Positions 49,079 to 58,252 are shown, numbered from the stretch's first letter. The stretch: DNA of 61,355 bases from a virus (IMGVR_UViG_3300025115_000011:1-61355); one strand, 5' to 3'. Translations and numbers: made by a program. The notes: a model not told the origin generated them from the letters alone.

Positions 49079-49752
49079 GAGCAAAAGAATTTTTAAAAGA
49101 AGAATACACACCAAAGGATATTGAGGATTTCTTTACTAACTGCTCGGAGTATTTTTCTTATAATAAAAATCCTTTAGTTAATATGCTATACCGCGGTGAC
49201 TACGGTAACATTCGCAAGGACAATTTTTGGATGAACCAACGCAATGTGTTACAAGGCCGCAAACCAGTTGACACTGACGAGTTTGTACATACCATCTTAA
49301 ATGATTTGTTTTCTACCGCGTTTAATTTTCCGTTCCGCAGCGGGATGATGTGTTCTGGATCCCCTGGAGAAGCAAGTCAATACGGCCGCGTGTCTATTGT
49401 TATTCCGTGCAATGGGTACACACTTTGTTACTCACCGAAGTATGAGGATTTATTCAAATCAATACCATCTACGGTGTACGATTACTTAGAGTACACTCAT
49501 TATGAAGTACACGACGGTACTCCAGAGCAAGCTAACGCAGAGAAAAGGATACGCTCAATTATTACCAGATTGTTTAAAGAAGGCAACTATGTAGCTGGAC
49601 CACAGCATACAAACGATGCTGCGATGTCAACCAACGAAGTAATGATATACCCAACTGATTACTCAGAATTGCAATACTACGCATTCTCCGAACAGTTTTG
49701 GAGCGCAACAGTAGTGCCGATGATTAGAGAGAGATTTTATGCGAGCAAGTGA
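49075..49752 (+). CDS. ART-like paralog 4 (MRAKEFLKE)
   Basis: YRG, RKPVDT, RS, A.QYG, NEVMI. Confidence 0.6.
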   Translation: MRAKEFLKEEYTPKDIEDFFTNCSEYFSYNKNPLVNMLYRGDYGNIRKDNFWMNQRNVLQGRKPVDTDEFVHTILNDLFSTAFNFPFRSGMMCSGSPGEASQYGRVSIVIPCNGYTLCYSPKYEDLFKSIPSTVYDYLEYTHYEVHDGTPEQANAEKRIRSIITRLFKEGNYVAGPQHTNDAAMSTNEVMIYPTDYSELQYYAFSEQFWSATVVPMIRERFYASK

Positions 49753-50533
49753 TTTTTTAACTGAACTCGAAGTTACTCCTTATCAGTATAGAGACTTAGG
49801 GATTAATAAAGCAATGGACTTTCTCAATGGACATTGCAGGCAAGCATTGGCTACTATTAAAAATCCAATTTGGCGTGGAATGAAAAATCACAAAGAGGAC
49901 ATTGTCTTCGCTGACCCGTCAACCGGTAAACGTATGTCTCAGAATACTACAAATCAGTATACAGCATTAATCGATTCTTCTCCGTATTTCAAGGGTTGGC
50001 CAAAACGTAGTAGTAGTTTTGTATGTTCAAGTAACCGAAGTTATGCCTCACAGTTTTCTAAAGGGTATGATGCAAGTTCTACTCTGTATGCTATTTTCCC
50101 GTTTGATGGAGTTAAGATTGCAGTATGCCCAACTAGAGATATGTGGCAAGTTCCAATTAGTATCCCTGCGTTTAACAAAAAGTTCAACCATGGCGGCTGG
50201 GGAGACGACTTGGATATGTTTAACGGTTGGCTAACAAACGAAGTTGGCATTACTGCTGACTCTGAAGGTAACCTTAAATTTGACGGGTATCAGTTAGGGT
50301 TATTTGCAAAAGATCACAACTTGCAAAAACACGAGATTGTTCCGATATTACAGAAAGCATTGTCACCTCAGAGAGCAGGGTTTAAGTTAGTTACCATTGG
50401 TGAGTTTGCGTCTGGACAGTTTAACGATAACGAGCTGTGGATTGGCGGCCCGGTAATTTGTATTCGCGAACCTCTATACAAACAGTTTTTAAATGCTTAT
50501 GAAAAACAAGGACAAATAAATGCGAGCAAGTGA
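49739..50533 (+). CDS. ART-like paralog 5 (MRASDFLTE)
   Basis: WRG, RMSQNT, KRSSSFVCSS...A..F, IFP, NELWI. Confidence 0.55.
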   Translation: MRASDFLTELEVTPYQYRDLGINKAMDFLNGHCRQALATIKNPIWRGMKNHKEDIVFADPSTGKRMSQNTTNQYTALIDSSPYFKGWPKRSSSFVCSSNRSYASQFSKGYDASSTLYAIFPFDGVKIAVCPTRDMWQVPISIPAFNKKFNHGGWGDDLDMFNGWLTNEVGITADSEGNLKFDGYQLGLFAKDHNLQKHEIVPILQKALSPQRAGFKLVTIGEFASGQFNDNELWIGGPVICIREPLYKQFLNAYEKQGQINASK

Positions 50534-51164
50534 TTTTACTAACGAAGAGCAATTAACTGAGATACCATCGTCGTTTGTTAATAAGGTAGTAGACAAAACA
50601 CAATGGGGAGCACCTGGCACAGGTCACAAGACTCCTCCAAAAGGACAAACTGCATCAGTTTGGCAACACATGTCCGACCCAACAACTGTAGTTAAGCTTG
50701 TTGGCGGCGGTGCTATGAAAAACCTTAAAGATAAACATAAGCAGGCAGCAATTGCATTTGTGGATTTTCTTGTACATCACGGTAAAGAAAGCCAGCATCT
50801 TCCGATTGTGCACGGTATTAACGTAGATGATCCTGAGGTAGTGCAAATCAAAGTCGAAGCACTAAAACCTTTTAAAGGCTATCGATATGAGCAGCTCGCA
50901 GGTTCGTTAGCAGATTTAGCTGATGTTCCGACTAGTCCTCGGTATCAAGACTTGGTTAACGAACATCTTAAAGGGCTAGGATTACACAAGAAAAATTCAG
51001 CAGCTGGTATAGTAAAATGTGTGATGTTGTTAAACAAGTATGCAAAAGAGTATTCAGATAAGTATAATTTAGACAAGTTTGTACTGGATTTGCATGAAGG
51101 TAATTGGATGGTAACAAACGACGGAGTTATTGTTGCCGTTGATCCGTGGTTTGCAGGGTGGTGA
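50520..51164 (+). CDS. Tagged protein-kinase-like protein (MRASDF)
   Basis: G.TASV, VVK, DLHEGNWM, VAVDP. Confidence 0.7.
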   Translation: MRASDFTNEEQLTEIPSSFVNKVVDKTQWGAPGTGHKTPPKGQTASVWQHMSDPTTVVKLVGGGAMKNLKDKHKQAAIAFVDFLVHHGKESQHLPIVHGINVDDPEVVQIKVEALKPFKGYRYEQLAGSLADLADVPTSPRYQDLVNEHLKGLGLHKKNSAAGIVKCVMLLNKYAKEYSDKYNLDKFVLDLHEGNWMVTNDGVIVAVDPWFAGW

Positions 51165-51165
51165 T

Positions 51166-51600
51166 ATGAAAGCCTCTGAATTTATTACTGAAGACGATGT
51201 TATTAAAATTAAATTGCCAGACGAGAGCATAGCAAAGGCGTGGATCGAGAAAGTATACAAGATGTATCCATACACCTGGGAGAATAACCACGTTATGGTA
51301 TGGGGAGAAGGCGAAGCACAGCAGTTAGCAATGTTTGAACTTGTACCAAGTAAATCTAAGAAAAATGCAGTAGAAGTAAAATGGTTTAGTGCATACCCAA
51401 TGAGAGCAGGTGTGGGATCACGTGCGATGGGTGAGTTGCAAAAAATAGCAAGAGAAGATGGTATTGCCTTAACATTATTTCCCTGGGACCATGGACAAGT
51501 TAGCCAAAGTAAGTTAATGAAGTTTTACAAAGGTGTTGGGTTTAAGCCAACTACAAAAGCATCTAAGAATATGTATTGGGATCCAAATGAGATTTCTTGA
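51166..51600 (+). CDS. Tagged GNAT acetyltransferase (MKASEFITE)
   Basis: RAGVGSRAM (motif A), KFYKGVGF (motif B). Confidence 0.75.
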   Translation: MKASEFITEDDVIKIKLPDESIAKAWIEKVYKMYPYTWENNHVMVWGEGEAQQLAMFELVPSKSKKNAVEVKWFSAYPMRAGVGSRAMGELQKIAREDGIALTLFPWDHGQVSQSKLMKFYKGVGFKPTTKASKNMYWDPNEIS

Positions 51601-52054
51601 GATCATGCAAAACACTAGAAATCTGCGAATTGAGAAATTAGTAGAGTGGGCTAAGGAAAGAAAGCAGTTAACAGAATCTGATGACTTCTCAGTTGAGGTC
51701 AATGAGTATAGACAATTTATAGAGAAGTTCTTGACTGATGTTTGTGATCTTAAAGTAGGTAACGAGTATTATCCTGTGATGTTGTTCACCCAACCATCAG
51801 CTAAAATAATAGAAGTTAATGTTCCGGCAAACTCGATAACCCTTGTGGGAATAGACAAACAAGGAGATTTCGGTTTTTTGTTTAAAGGTCGAAGAGTTAA
51901 GTTTCCTAAGTACTACGAAGAGCAAGACGATCAACTTCCTTATTTTATGTCTACTACCGTGTTTGTTGGGCCAAGTGAAGTAAATCAATTTTTTACTATG
52001 CTTAATTTACAATTTGCAGGTCGATGGAAGCTAATACAGAAGGAAGTTAAATGA
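51587..52054 (+). CDS. Hypothetical protein (MRFLEI)
   Basis: ATG at 51587; internal QLTE. Confidence 0.65.
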   Translation: MRFLEIMQNTRNLRIEKLVEWAKERKQLTESDDFSVEVNEYRQFIEKFLTDVCDLKVGNEYYPVMLFTQPSAKIIEVNVPANSITLVGIDKQGDFGFLFKGRRVKFPKYYEEQDDQLPYFMSTTVFVGPSEVNQFFTMLNLQFAGRWKLIQKEVK

Positions 52055-52716
52055 GAGCAGACGAATTTTTAACTGAAGGACGAGGGCATCCTGTTATTGT
52101 GGTCGACGTCCAGCCCGAGTACTCTGGTATGAACGACGGTGAAGAAAGTTCGGTGTTCCCAGAAATCATAAAATTCGTAGCAATCAACCAAACCGGACCT
52201 GTGCTAATGTTTGTTAATGCTGAGGACCAAGGAATGTCGGGCGACACAGTATTTGATGTACAACGATACTGGGAAGACACTCTGCTTGAAATGGGTTACG
52301 GTAAACCAGAAGAAGAATATTGGGACGAAGATGATGAATATCATTATACTGAAGCAGAGAGTCCAATTGATTGGCGCCGTTATGAGATTGTTGATAAAGG
52401 ATATGGATTCTTCAGAAGTTTCATGGATCAAGGGGTAGACGACGCTACAATTATTAAAATGATCCGCTACCTGTATCAACATAAATTAAACGATGCAAGG
52501 CAGCTAGATTATGATGATTATGTTGCAATAATGGGCAGTGACAGATTGCAGGATGAAAACTTTACCATTAACTGGACAAGCGTTGCACAATTAAAACGAT
52601 TTAACGGTGCTTATATTGTTGGTGGTGGTAGAAACGAATGTTTGCGTGAAGTTGAGTTGCTAATGAATGCGTTTAACATTAAATATCGTCGCATCGACTC
52701 TTTAGTCTACGGGTAA
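52051..52716 (+). CDS. Tagged isochorismatase/nicotinamidase-like cysteine hydrolase (MRADEFLTE)
   Basis: VIVVDVQ (Asp), DKGYG (Lys), GG..NECL (Cys). Confidence 0.65.
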   Translation: MRADEFLTEGRGHPVIVVDVQPEYSGMNDGEESSVFPEIIKFVAINQTGPVLMFVNAEDQGMSGDTVFDVQRYWEDTLLEMGYGKPEEEYWDEDDEYHYTEAESPIDWRRYEIVDKGYGFFRSFMDQGVDDATIIKMIRYLYQHKLNDARQLDYDDYVAIMGSDRLQDENFTINWTSVAQLKRFNGAYIVGGGRNECLREVELLMNAFNIKYRRIDSLVYG

Positions 52717-52725
52717 ATACATATT

Positions 52726-53112
52726 ATGAGAGCAAATGAATTTTTAATAGAGTATGTAACAAAAGAAGACCTTAGGGCTCTAACGATTTACTTAGATCGT
52801 TTTTATAGTACACTTGGGTTAGATATCGAGTTTACCAGACATTTCTTGGACCGAGTAAACGATCCAAGGAACGGTAAGGATATCACAGTCCAAGAACTAG
52901 CAGATTTATTCAAGAAAGAATATGAGAAGTACGGTCCTGTAATAGCAAAGCTTCCAGACGACTCTCAAGCGGTACTAAAGGATTTATCTACTAAAATTAA
53001 TGTACCGTTTGCTATAGACGATAATCCGAAGTCAAAAGATAAAGACATTGTGCCAGTTACAGTAATGCGTAAAAAAGATTTTAGAACGTCGAATCGAGAG
53101 TTTAAGGTATGA
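52726..53112 (+). CDS. Tagged protein, possible BECR-type RNase fold (MRANEFLIE)
   Basis: FTRHFLDR...VTVMRK pattern; fold is an inference. Confidence 0.5.
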   Translation: MRANEFLIEYVTKEDLRALTIYLDRFYSTLGLDIEFTRHFLDRVNDPRNGKDITVQELADLFKKEYEKYGPVIAKLPDDSQAVLKDLSTKINVPFAIDDNPKSKDKDIVPVTVMRKKDFRTSNREFKV

Positions 53113-54239
53113 GAGCAAAAGAATTTTACATTGAACACACACTCCTTGAGGCCGCATACCAAGGCAACATCGGTATGATGGAGATGTTTAAGTTTAAACA
53201 GAAAGCCTCGCCGGAACAATGGGCAGAGCTACAAAAACTAATCAGTAAAAAACTGTTTAAAGCAGCATGGACGTTAATACAAAGTGTTACAGGTGTAACG
53301 TTGCATCAAAAAGGGCTTACAGAAGGCGGCTGGGCAAGCACACTAACGCAAGGTACAAAGATTACGCCGCAGTTAGTTCAGTATGTAATGAAACTCTTAC
53401 AGCAAGAATTTGTGCCATTACTTAACACCTTCTTAAAGCGTAATGGGTTAGGTGAAACTGAAGTTTCTGCCCCAGGCGGTAGTGCTACTTATTACGAACG
53501 AGATTTAGAAAAGCAACCCAACAAAGAATACGGCGATGTTGATGTTCAGTTTCATATCCCACGCATTGAAGGAACAACTAACAATGCAAACATGAACATC
53601 TACAAAAAAGCAATTAAAGAGTTTTGCGACGGCACAAACAATTACTCAACTGATAACGGCACTAATATTATTTTGCGTGTTGGACAAGACTATGTCCAGG
53701 TTGATCTGGTTTATTCATATTATGAAAACAAAGAATGGACAAATGCATTGCGCCCGGAGTGGAATTTAAAAGGGGTTTTGGCGAACTCACTATATAGTTC
53801 ATTCGGGGAAGCATTAAGTATTAGTTTTGGTGGCGGCCATGGTGTCCAAGTTAAAACCCAAAATGGCCAAGTTGTTCCGTTTAGAACAGTTAAAGATGTT
53901 AAACTACATACAATCACTAATAATCCGAAAACGTGGGCAGTTGATATTGCAAAATACTTTGGTGGTAAGATGAACTCGCAACTACAAAAGTATCCGGGAC
54001 TACTAGATGAAGTTCGTGTTAGCGACATTGTTAATTCGTTTAAGGGCATTGCACAAAGTTTAAATAGGCCAGAGCTACTACAACAAACAAAAGACATCTA
54101 TCTTGCTAAAATAGAAAAGGCTGCAAGTAGTTCTAAGTTCGATAAAGCGGCTACACCGGAGATGCAAGCAAAAGCAGAAAAAACAAAGCATATGCTCTTA
54201 ACTAAGTCGCAAGAAATTGCACAACTATTTGGAGTTTAA
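53109..54239 (+). CDS. Tagged nucleotidyltransferase (MRAKEFYIE)
   Basis: GGSA...YGDVDV...VQVDL; internal LTE-GG as in 1456. Confidence 0.7.
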   Translation: MRAKEFYIEHTLLEAAYQGNIGMMEMFKFKQKASPEQWAELQKLISKKLFKAAWTLIQSVTGVTLHQKGLTEGGWASTLTQGTKITPQLVQYVMKLLQQEFVPLLNTFLKRNGLGETEVSAPGGSATYYERDLEKQPNKEYGDVDVQFHIPRIEGTTNNANMNIYKKAIKEFCDGTNNYSTDNGTNIILRVGQDYVQVDLVYSYYENKEWTNALRPEWNLKGVLANSLYSSFGEALSISFGGGHGVQVKTQNGQVVPFRTVKDVKLHTITNNPKTWAVDIAKYFGGKMNSQLQKYPGLLDEVRVSDIVNSFKGIAQSLNRPELLQQTKDIYLAKIEKAASSSKFDKAATPEMQAKAEKTKHMLLTKSQEIAQLFGV

Positions 54240-54240
54240 A

Positions 54241-54654
54241 ATGAAAGAACTATTAGTAATATTTTTCTTAGTGCTATCAGGGCAGGTGCAGGCAGAACCG
54301 TGGACATTACCTATCGCGGCAGTAGTTGACGGTGACACAATTAAAACACAATTACCTCTTCCTACTCCATTAGATAAAGTGTCAATTCGTATCTTAGGTA
54401 TTGATACTCCTGAAAAAGGTAGTAGAGCAAAGTGCGAAAAAGAAGCAGCATTAGCATTGAAGGCATCAGCTAAAATCAAGCAACTTGCAAAAGGTCATAA
54501 GACCATGACAGTTACTGAGTACAAGTGGGATAAATTTGGTGGCAGGATTGACGCCGTAGTTGTAATTAATGGAGTTAATGTTGGCGATGCTCTAATTAAA
54601 GATGGATTAGCAAGACCTTACTTCGGTGAGAAGAAACAAAGTTGGTGCGAATAA
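54241..54654 (+). CDS. Staphylococcal-nuclease-like (thermonuclease) exported protein
   Basis: Signal peptide; VVDGDTI, IRILGIDTPE, DKFGGR, GLA. Confidence 0.9.
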   Translation: MKELLVIFFLVLSGQVQAEPWTLPIAAVVDGDTIKTQLPLPTPLDKVSIRILGIDTPEKGSRAKCEKEAALALKASAKIKQLAKGHKTMTVTEYKWDKFGGRIDAVVVINGVNVGDALIKDGLARPYFGEKKQSWCE

Positions 54655-55160
54655 TGAGAGCAAATGAATTTATCAACGAAATAAACATCGATAATCATGA
54701 TGGTTGGGGACAAACTCCAAACAATGCCAGCGTTGATTACATGGGATTAAAGGTTTTAATGAAGCCGTCTATCTTTCTGAGGTTGGCTGCAGAACTGCCA
54801 CTTGACGACGAAGCTAGAGAAAAAATTGCAGTAATGGTAGCACACGCTAAAAAAGGTGGCTCGTTTGGTGCACCAACGTTGTACGTGTCTGTTCCTGAAG
54901 AGTGGGAAGATAATGTGTTTAAACCGCACACTATAGGTAGAGTAAAAAGTCACGAAGGTCGGCACCGAATGAACGCACAGTTAGAACTAGAAGGCGACGT
55001 GCCAGTTGAAACCCACATCTTTATCCCTTACTTTAAAACAAAGAACTGGGCAAAAGATTATCAGAACGATTACACCCCCGAGATTGTTAGCAGATTGCAA
55101 CAGCAAATGGAATCAGAAGACGGGTATATAATTGTTACTAACCCGCTATTTACAATCTAA
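54654..55160 (+). CDS. Tagged ParB/Srx-like protein (MRANEFINE)
   Basis: MKPSIFL...P.L...HEGRHR. Confidence 0.6.
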   Translation: MRANEFINEINIDNHDGWGQTPNNASVDYMGLKVLMKPSIFLRLAAELPLDDEAREKIAVMVAHAKKGGSFGAPTLYVSVPEEWEDNVFKPHTIGRVKSHEGRHRMNAQLELEGDVPVETHIFIPYFKTKNWAKDYQNDYTPEIVSRLQQQMESEDGYIIVTNPLFTI

Positions 55161-55171
55161 TAAATATAGCT

Positions 55172-55561
55172 ATGAGAGCAAATGAATTTTTAACTGAAGA
55201 ACAACTTGATGAACTAAACTGGAAGAATGCATTGATAACTGGAGCATTGGCCGCAACAACTGCTCTGGGATCTATGTCACCTGCCCATGCAGGATCTGGT
55301 GATATGGATTTGTATAACGCAATATATAATCGAGTATACCAAGAGCAATTAGTTAAACACAAAGACCCAGATGGTCAACTTAGATTAGACCGTCGGGATC
55401 AAAATAGAATTAAAGCAATAGCTCAAGATAAAGCTCAAGCAGAATTCCAACAACGGGTATCACAATTAGATATCCGAGGGTCTCAGGTAAAGCAAACTCA
55501 AAGCAATTTTCCATCTCAACGATCCGAAGTTCGCCGAGCAGCAGATTTTGATAAATTCTAA
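55172..55561 (+). CDS. Tagged protein with internal signal-peptide-like segment
   Basis: MRANEFLTEEQLDE followed by LNWKNALITGALAATTALGSMSPAHA. Confidence 0.7.
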   Translation: MRANEFLTEEQLDELNWKNALITGALAATTALGSMSPAHAGSGDMDLYNAIYNRVYQEQLVKHKDPDGQLRLDRRDQNRIKAIAQDKAQAEFQQRVSQLDIRGSQVKQTQSNFPSQRSEVRRAADFDKF

Positions 55562-55564
55562 ATA

Positions 55565-57469
55565 ATGAGAGCAAAAGAATTTTTCTTCGAGTCGATACTA
55601 ACTGAGCTTAATATGAGCCCGTCGTATCTGCAACGATTTGCAGATAAGATACAAGGTGCTAAAGCAGGTATCGAATTCGAAATGATTGTACCTGGACAGT
55701 TTGGGGACAGTAATAATCAGGATATGGAATTAGATTGGGATCAGGATCGCCCCGCCGACGATATACAAGAGATCATTGATTTCTTTAGTGAAGATACTGG
55801 GTACCAATCATCCGACAGAGATCTAGCACAATTAGAAGAAAAACTGAGACAGCAGCATTGGGAGTGGTTAGAAGATAAGATCAACGAAGGATGGTACCAT
55901 TCAGATGATGGCCCTGAATTCTTTAAGGAGTACTTCAGAGAAAACTGGTACGACGAAGAATCCGACGGCGACTTTGATAAAGCAGCAGACGACGCATGGG
56001 ACTTACGTGGGCGAGCATTTGATGATGCATACGATGCGTTTAGAGAGCAGTACGACCAGGATTTTACTGATGCAGACTGGTGTAAAGAGCAACGGATTAC
56101 TATGTCAGAAATACACAACAATTATGGTGTGTATTGGCCGCATGTAACTTTTACCGGCGGCGATGATTTAGATGATATAGCGGATAGTTTCCGTAACGGC
56201 ATTAAGCGAAGTGTAGAAACAAGTAGCACATACCACAGCGGAACGAAATCAACAACCGCATACACAATCGAACCAGATGCAAGTTTAGAGCCAGACGACG
56301 ATTATTCACATTCTGGTTTAGAATTTGTTAGTCCCCCTTTACCATTACCGGAAATAGCAAAAGACCTAAAGAATGTAATGCAATGGGCTAAAAACAACAA
56401 TTGCTACACAAATGAGTCATGCGGTCTGCATATGAATGTGTCTGTGCCAAATTTCCATATAGCAGCATTAGACTATGTTAAATTTGCGCTGTTTATCGGT
56501 GATAACTACATATTAGAACAGTTTGGTAGAACTGCGAACTCATATTGCAAATCTGCGATTATAAAAATTAAAGACAAAGCCATTAAACGCCCTGACTTAG
56601 CAGCACAGGCCATGAATATGTTAAAAGGTCAATTAAACAGTATAGCCGGAAGTATAATACACGAGAACCACACCGACAAATATACATCTCTCCATATACA
56701 TGACAACTATGTAGAAGTAAGAAGTCCTGGCGGCGATTGGTTAAGCGAACCAGTTGACAAATTGGTAACATTGTTGTATCGTATTACTGTGGCGTTAGAT
56801 GCAGCTTGTGATCCAGAAAAGTATAAAGATGAGTATGCTAAAAAGTTTTACAAATTAATATCATCACAAAGCAATGACGATATTACCCAGTTATTTGCAC
56901 AGTATGCGTCTGGACAAATTAACAAAGATGCACTTAAAGTAGCATGGGCAGATAAAGTAATGAACAGTCCTGCACCAACAAATAAATCAGCTAGAGCAAT
57001 GCCGTTAGCAAATAAAATTATGCGAGGAAATACTAGTAAGAGTTGGTGGAGTGTGGGGTTCTTTAACCCAAATCGTGGAGAAATTATTAGGACTGAAAAG
57101 TTTGCTGCTAAGACCGAAGCAGAAGCAATTAGTTATGCTCGAACACAGTGGCAAATTCCGTCGGGCAGTTTCCCGGACCAATATTTTGAAGTTAAAAGAC
57201 TCGGACCATATGCAGAACCAACACTTGCTGGAAAGAGTAAACAGGAAACCGGCCAAGCAATTCAAGCAGCAAGAAATGTAGTTAATTCAACTGGTAATGT
57301 TCGGTGGGCAATTCGAGATGAAAATACAGGCGATGTATTGCATACTTTTTGGAACCGGGCAAGTCAGAACGACGCTAACCAATATGCAAGAGATTGGTTA
57401 ACAAGGAACAATAACGGGGTAACCAGAGTAGAAGTTTCTCCAATCCCCTTAGAACCAGGAGAATTTTAA
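55565..57469 (+). CDS. Tagged putative amidoligase (COOH-NH2 ligase) with acidic insert
   Basis: GIEFE, DASL, GLEFVSP, CGLHMNVS, VEVRSPGG. Confidence 0.8.
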   Translation: MRAKEFFFESILTELNMSPSYLQRFADKIQGAKAGIEFEMIVPGQFGDSNNQDMELDWDQDRPADDIQEIIDFFSEDTGYQSSDRDLAQLEEKLRQQHWEWLEDKINEGWYHSDDGPEFFKEYFRENWYDEESDGDFDKAADDAWDLRGRAFDDAYDAFREQYDQDFTDADWCKEQRITMSEIHNNYGVYWPHVTFTGGDDLDDIADSFRNGIKRSVETSSTYHSGTKSTTAYTIEPDASLEPDDDYSHSGLEFVSPPLPLPEIAKDLKNVMQWAKNNNCYTNESCGLHMNVSVPNFHIAALDYVKFALFIGDNYILEQFGRTANSYCKSAIIKIKDKAIKRPDLAAQAMNMLKGQLNSIAGSIIHENHTDKYTSLHIHDNYVEVRSPGGDWLSEPVDKLVTLLYRITVALDAACDPEKYKDEYAKKFYKLISSQSNDDITQLFAQYASGQINKDALKVAWADKVMNSPAPTNKSARAMPLANKIMRGNTSKSWWSVGFFNPNRGEIIRTEKFAAKTEAEAISYARTQWQIPSGSFPDQYFEVKRLGPYAEPTLAGKSKQETGQAIQAARNVVNSTGNVRWAIRDENTGDVLHTFWNRASQNDANQYARDWLTRNNNGVTRVEVSPIPLEPGEF

Positions 57470-57894
57470 TGTACCTATTTACATATGGCTTACTCACTCA
57501 CCCAAGTTACATGGTTGGATTTACAGGAAAGCGGGCGCACATTGAAAACGCAAAATTTGACATCCATCATTTCGCTAATGTAACTACCGGAACAGATAAC
57601 GTGTACGGAGTGCTGTGGGAAGTAAACGAAAACAAGATTGAATTACTTGACATGACCGAAGGTGCTCCGGATTTTTACAAGAGAATTACAGTACCAGTGG
57701 TATGCAATGGCAGTATAGTAGAAGCATTTATGTATGCCATGACCGACGACACTGTTGCAAAACATTTAAACGAATCTCCAACGTCGCAATATTTGCGTAT
57801 CTTAGAATTTGGGTATATGCACTTTAATCTCGAGCGGGGCCAGTTTTTAAATTTACCTAGTTTATATGAATCCACAATTAACCAACCCCACTGA
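57469..57894 (+). CDS. Gamma-glutamylcyclotransferase (AIG2-like)
   Basis: FTYGLL, VYGVLW, LDMTEG, Y.R..V; typical amidoligase neighbour. Confidence 0.85.
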   Translation: MYLFTYGLLTHPSYMVGFTGKRAHIENAKFDIHHFANVTTGTDNVYGVLWEVNENKIELLDMTEGAPDFYKRITVPVVCNGSIVEAFMYAMTDDTVAKHLNESPTSQYLRILEFGYMHFNLERGQFLNLPSLYESTINQPH

Positions 57895-58252
57895 ATTAAT
57901 TGACAGGTTTAACAAAACGTTAGACATACTAATTCCTACTTTGAATTATGTAGATACATTAGATGAGGCTGAACGAGATTTTTGCGAAGAAACTTTCTAT
58001 CAGATTGCTCCATGTTATTTGTTTATGTACTCAGTAGTAGTTAAAGATAAACTGCCGGATGCTTACCAAAAAACAGAAGCACAGTTAGAAATATTCGAAC
58101 AAATTAAATTGGTTGCCCAAATTAGTGCAGCTACTTATAAATCGATGCGCTCTACGATAGACAATGCAGACCAATACAAAAAAGGATTCTATGCATTGTT
58201 AGAGACATATTTGTTGCTGTATTATGCGTACCTAAACGGTTTACCAAAATAG
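57866..58252 (+). CDS. Hypothetical protein
   Basis: 128-aa ORF. Confidence 0.55.
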   Translation: MNPQLTNPTELIDRFNKTLDILIPTLNYVDTLDEAERDFCEETFYQIAPCYLFMYSVVVKDKLPDAYQKTEAQLEIFEQIKLVAQISAATYKSMRSTIDNADQYKKGFYALLETYLLLYYAYLNGLPK

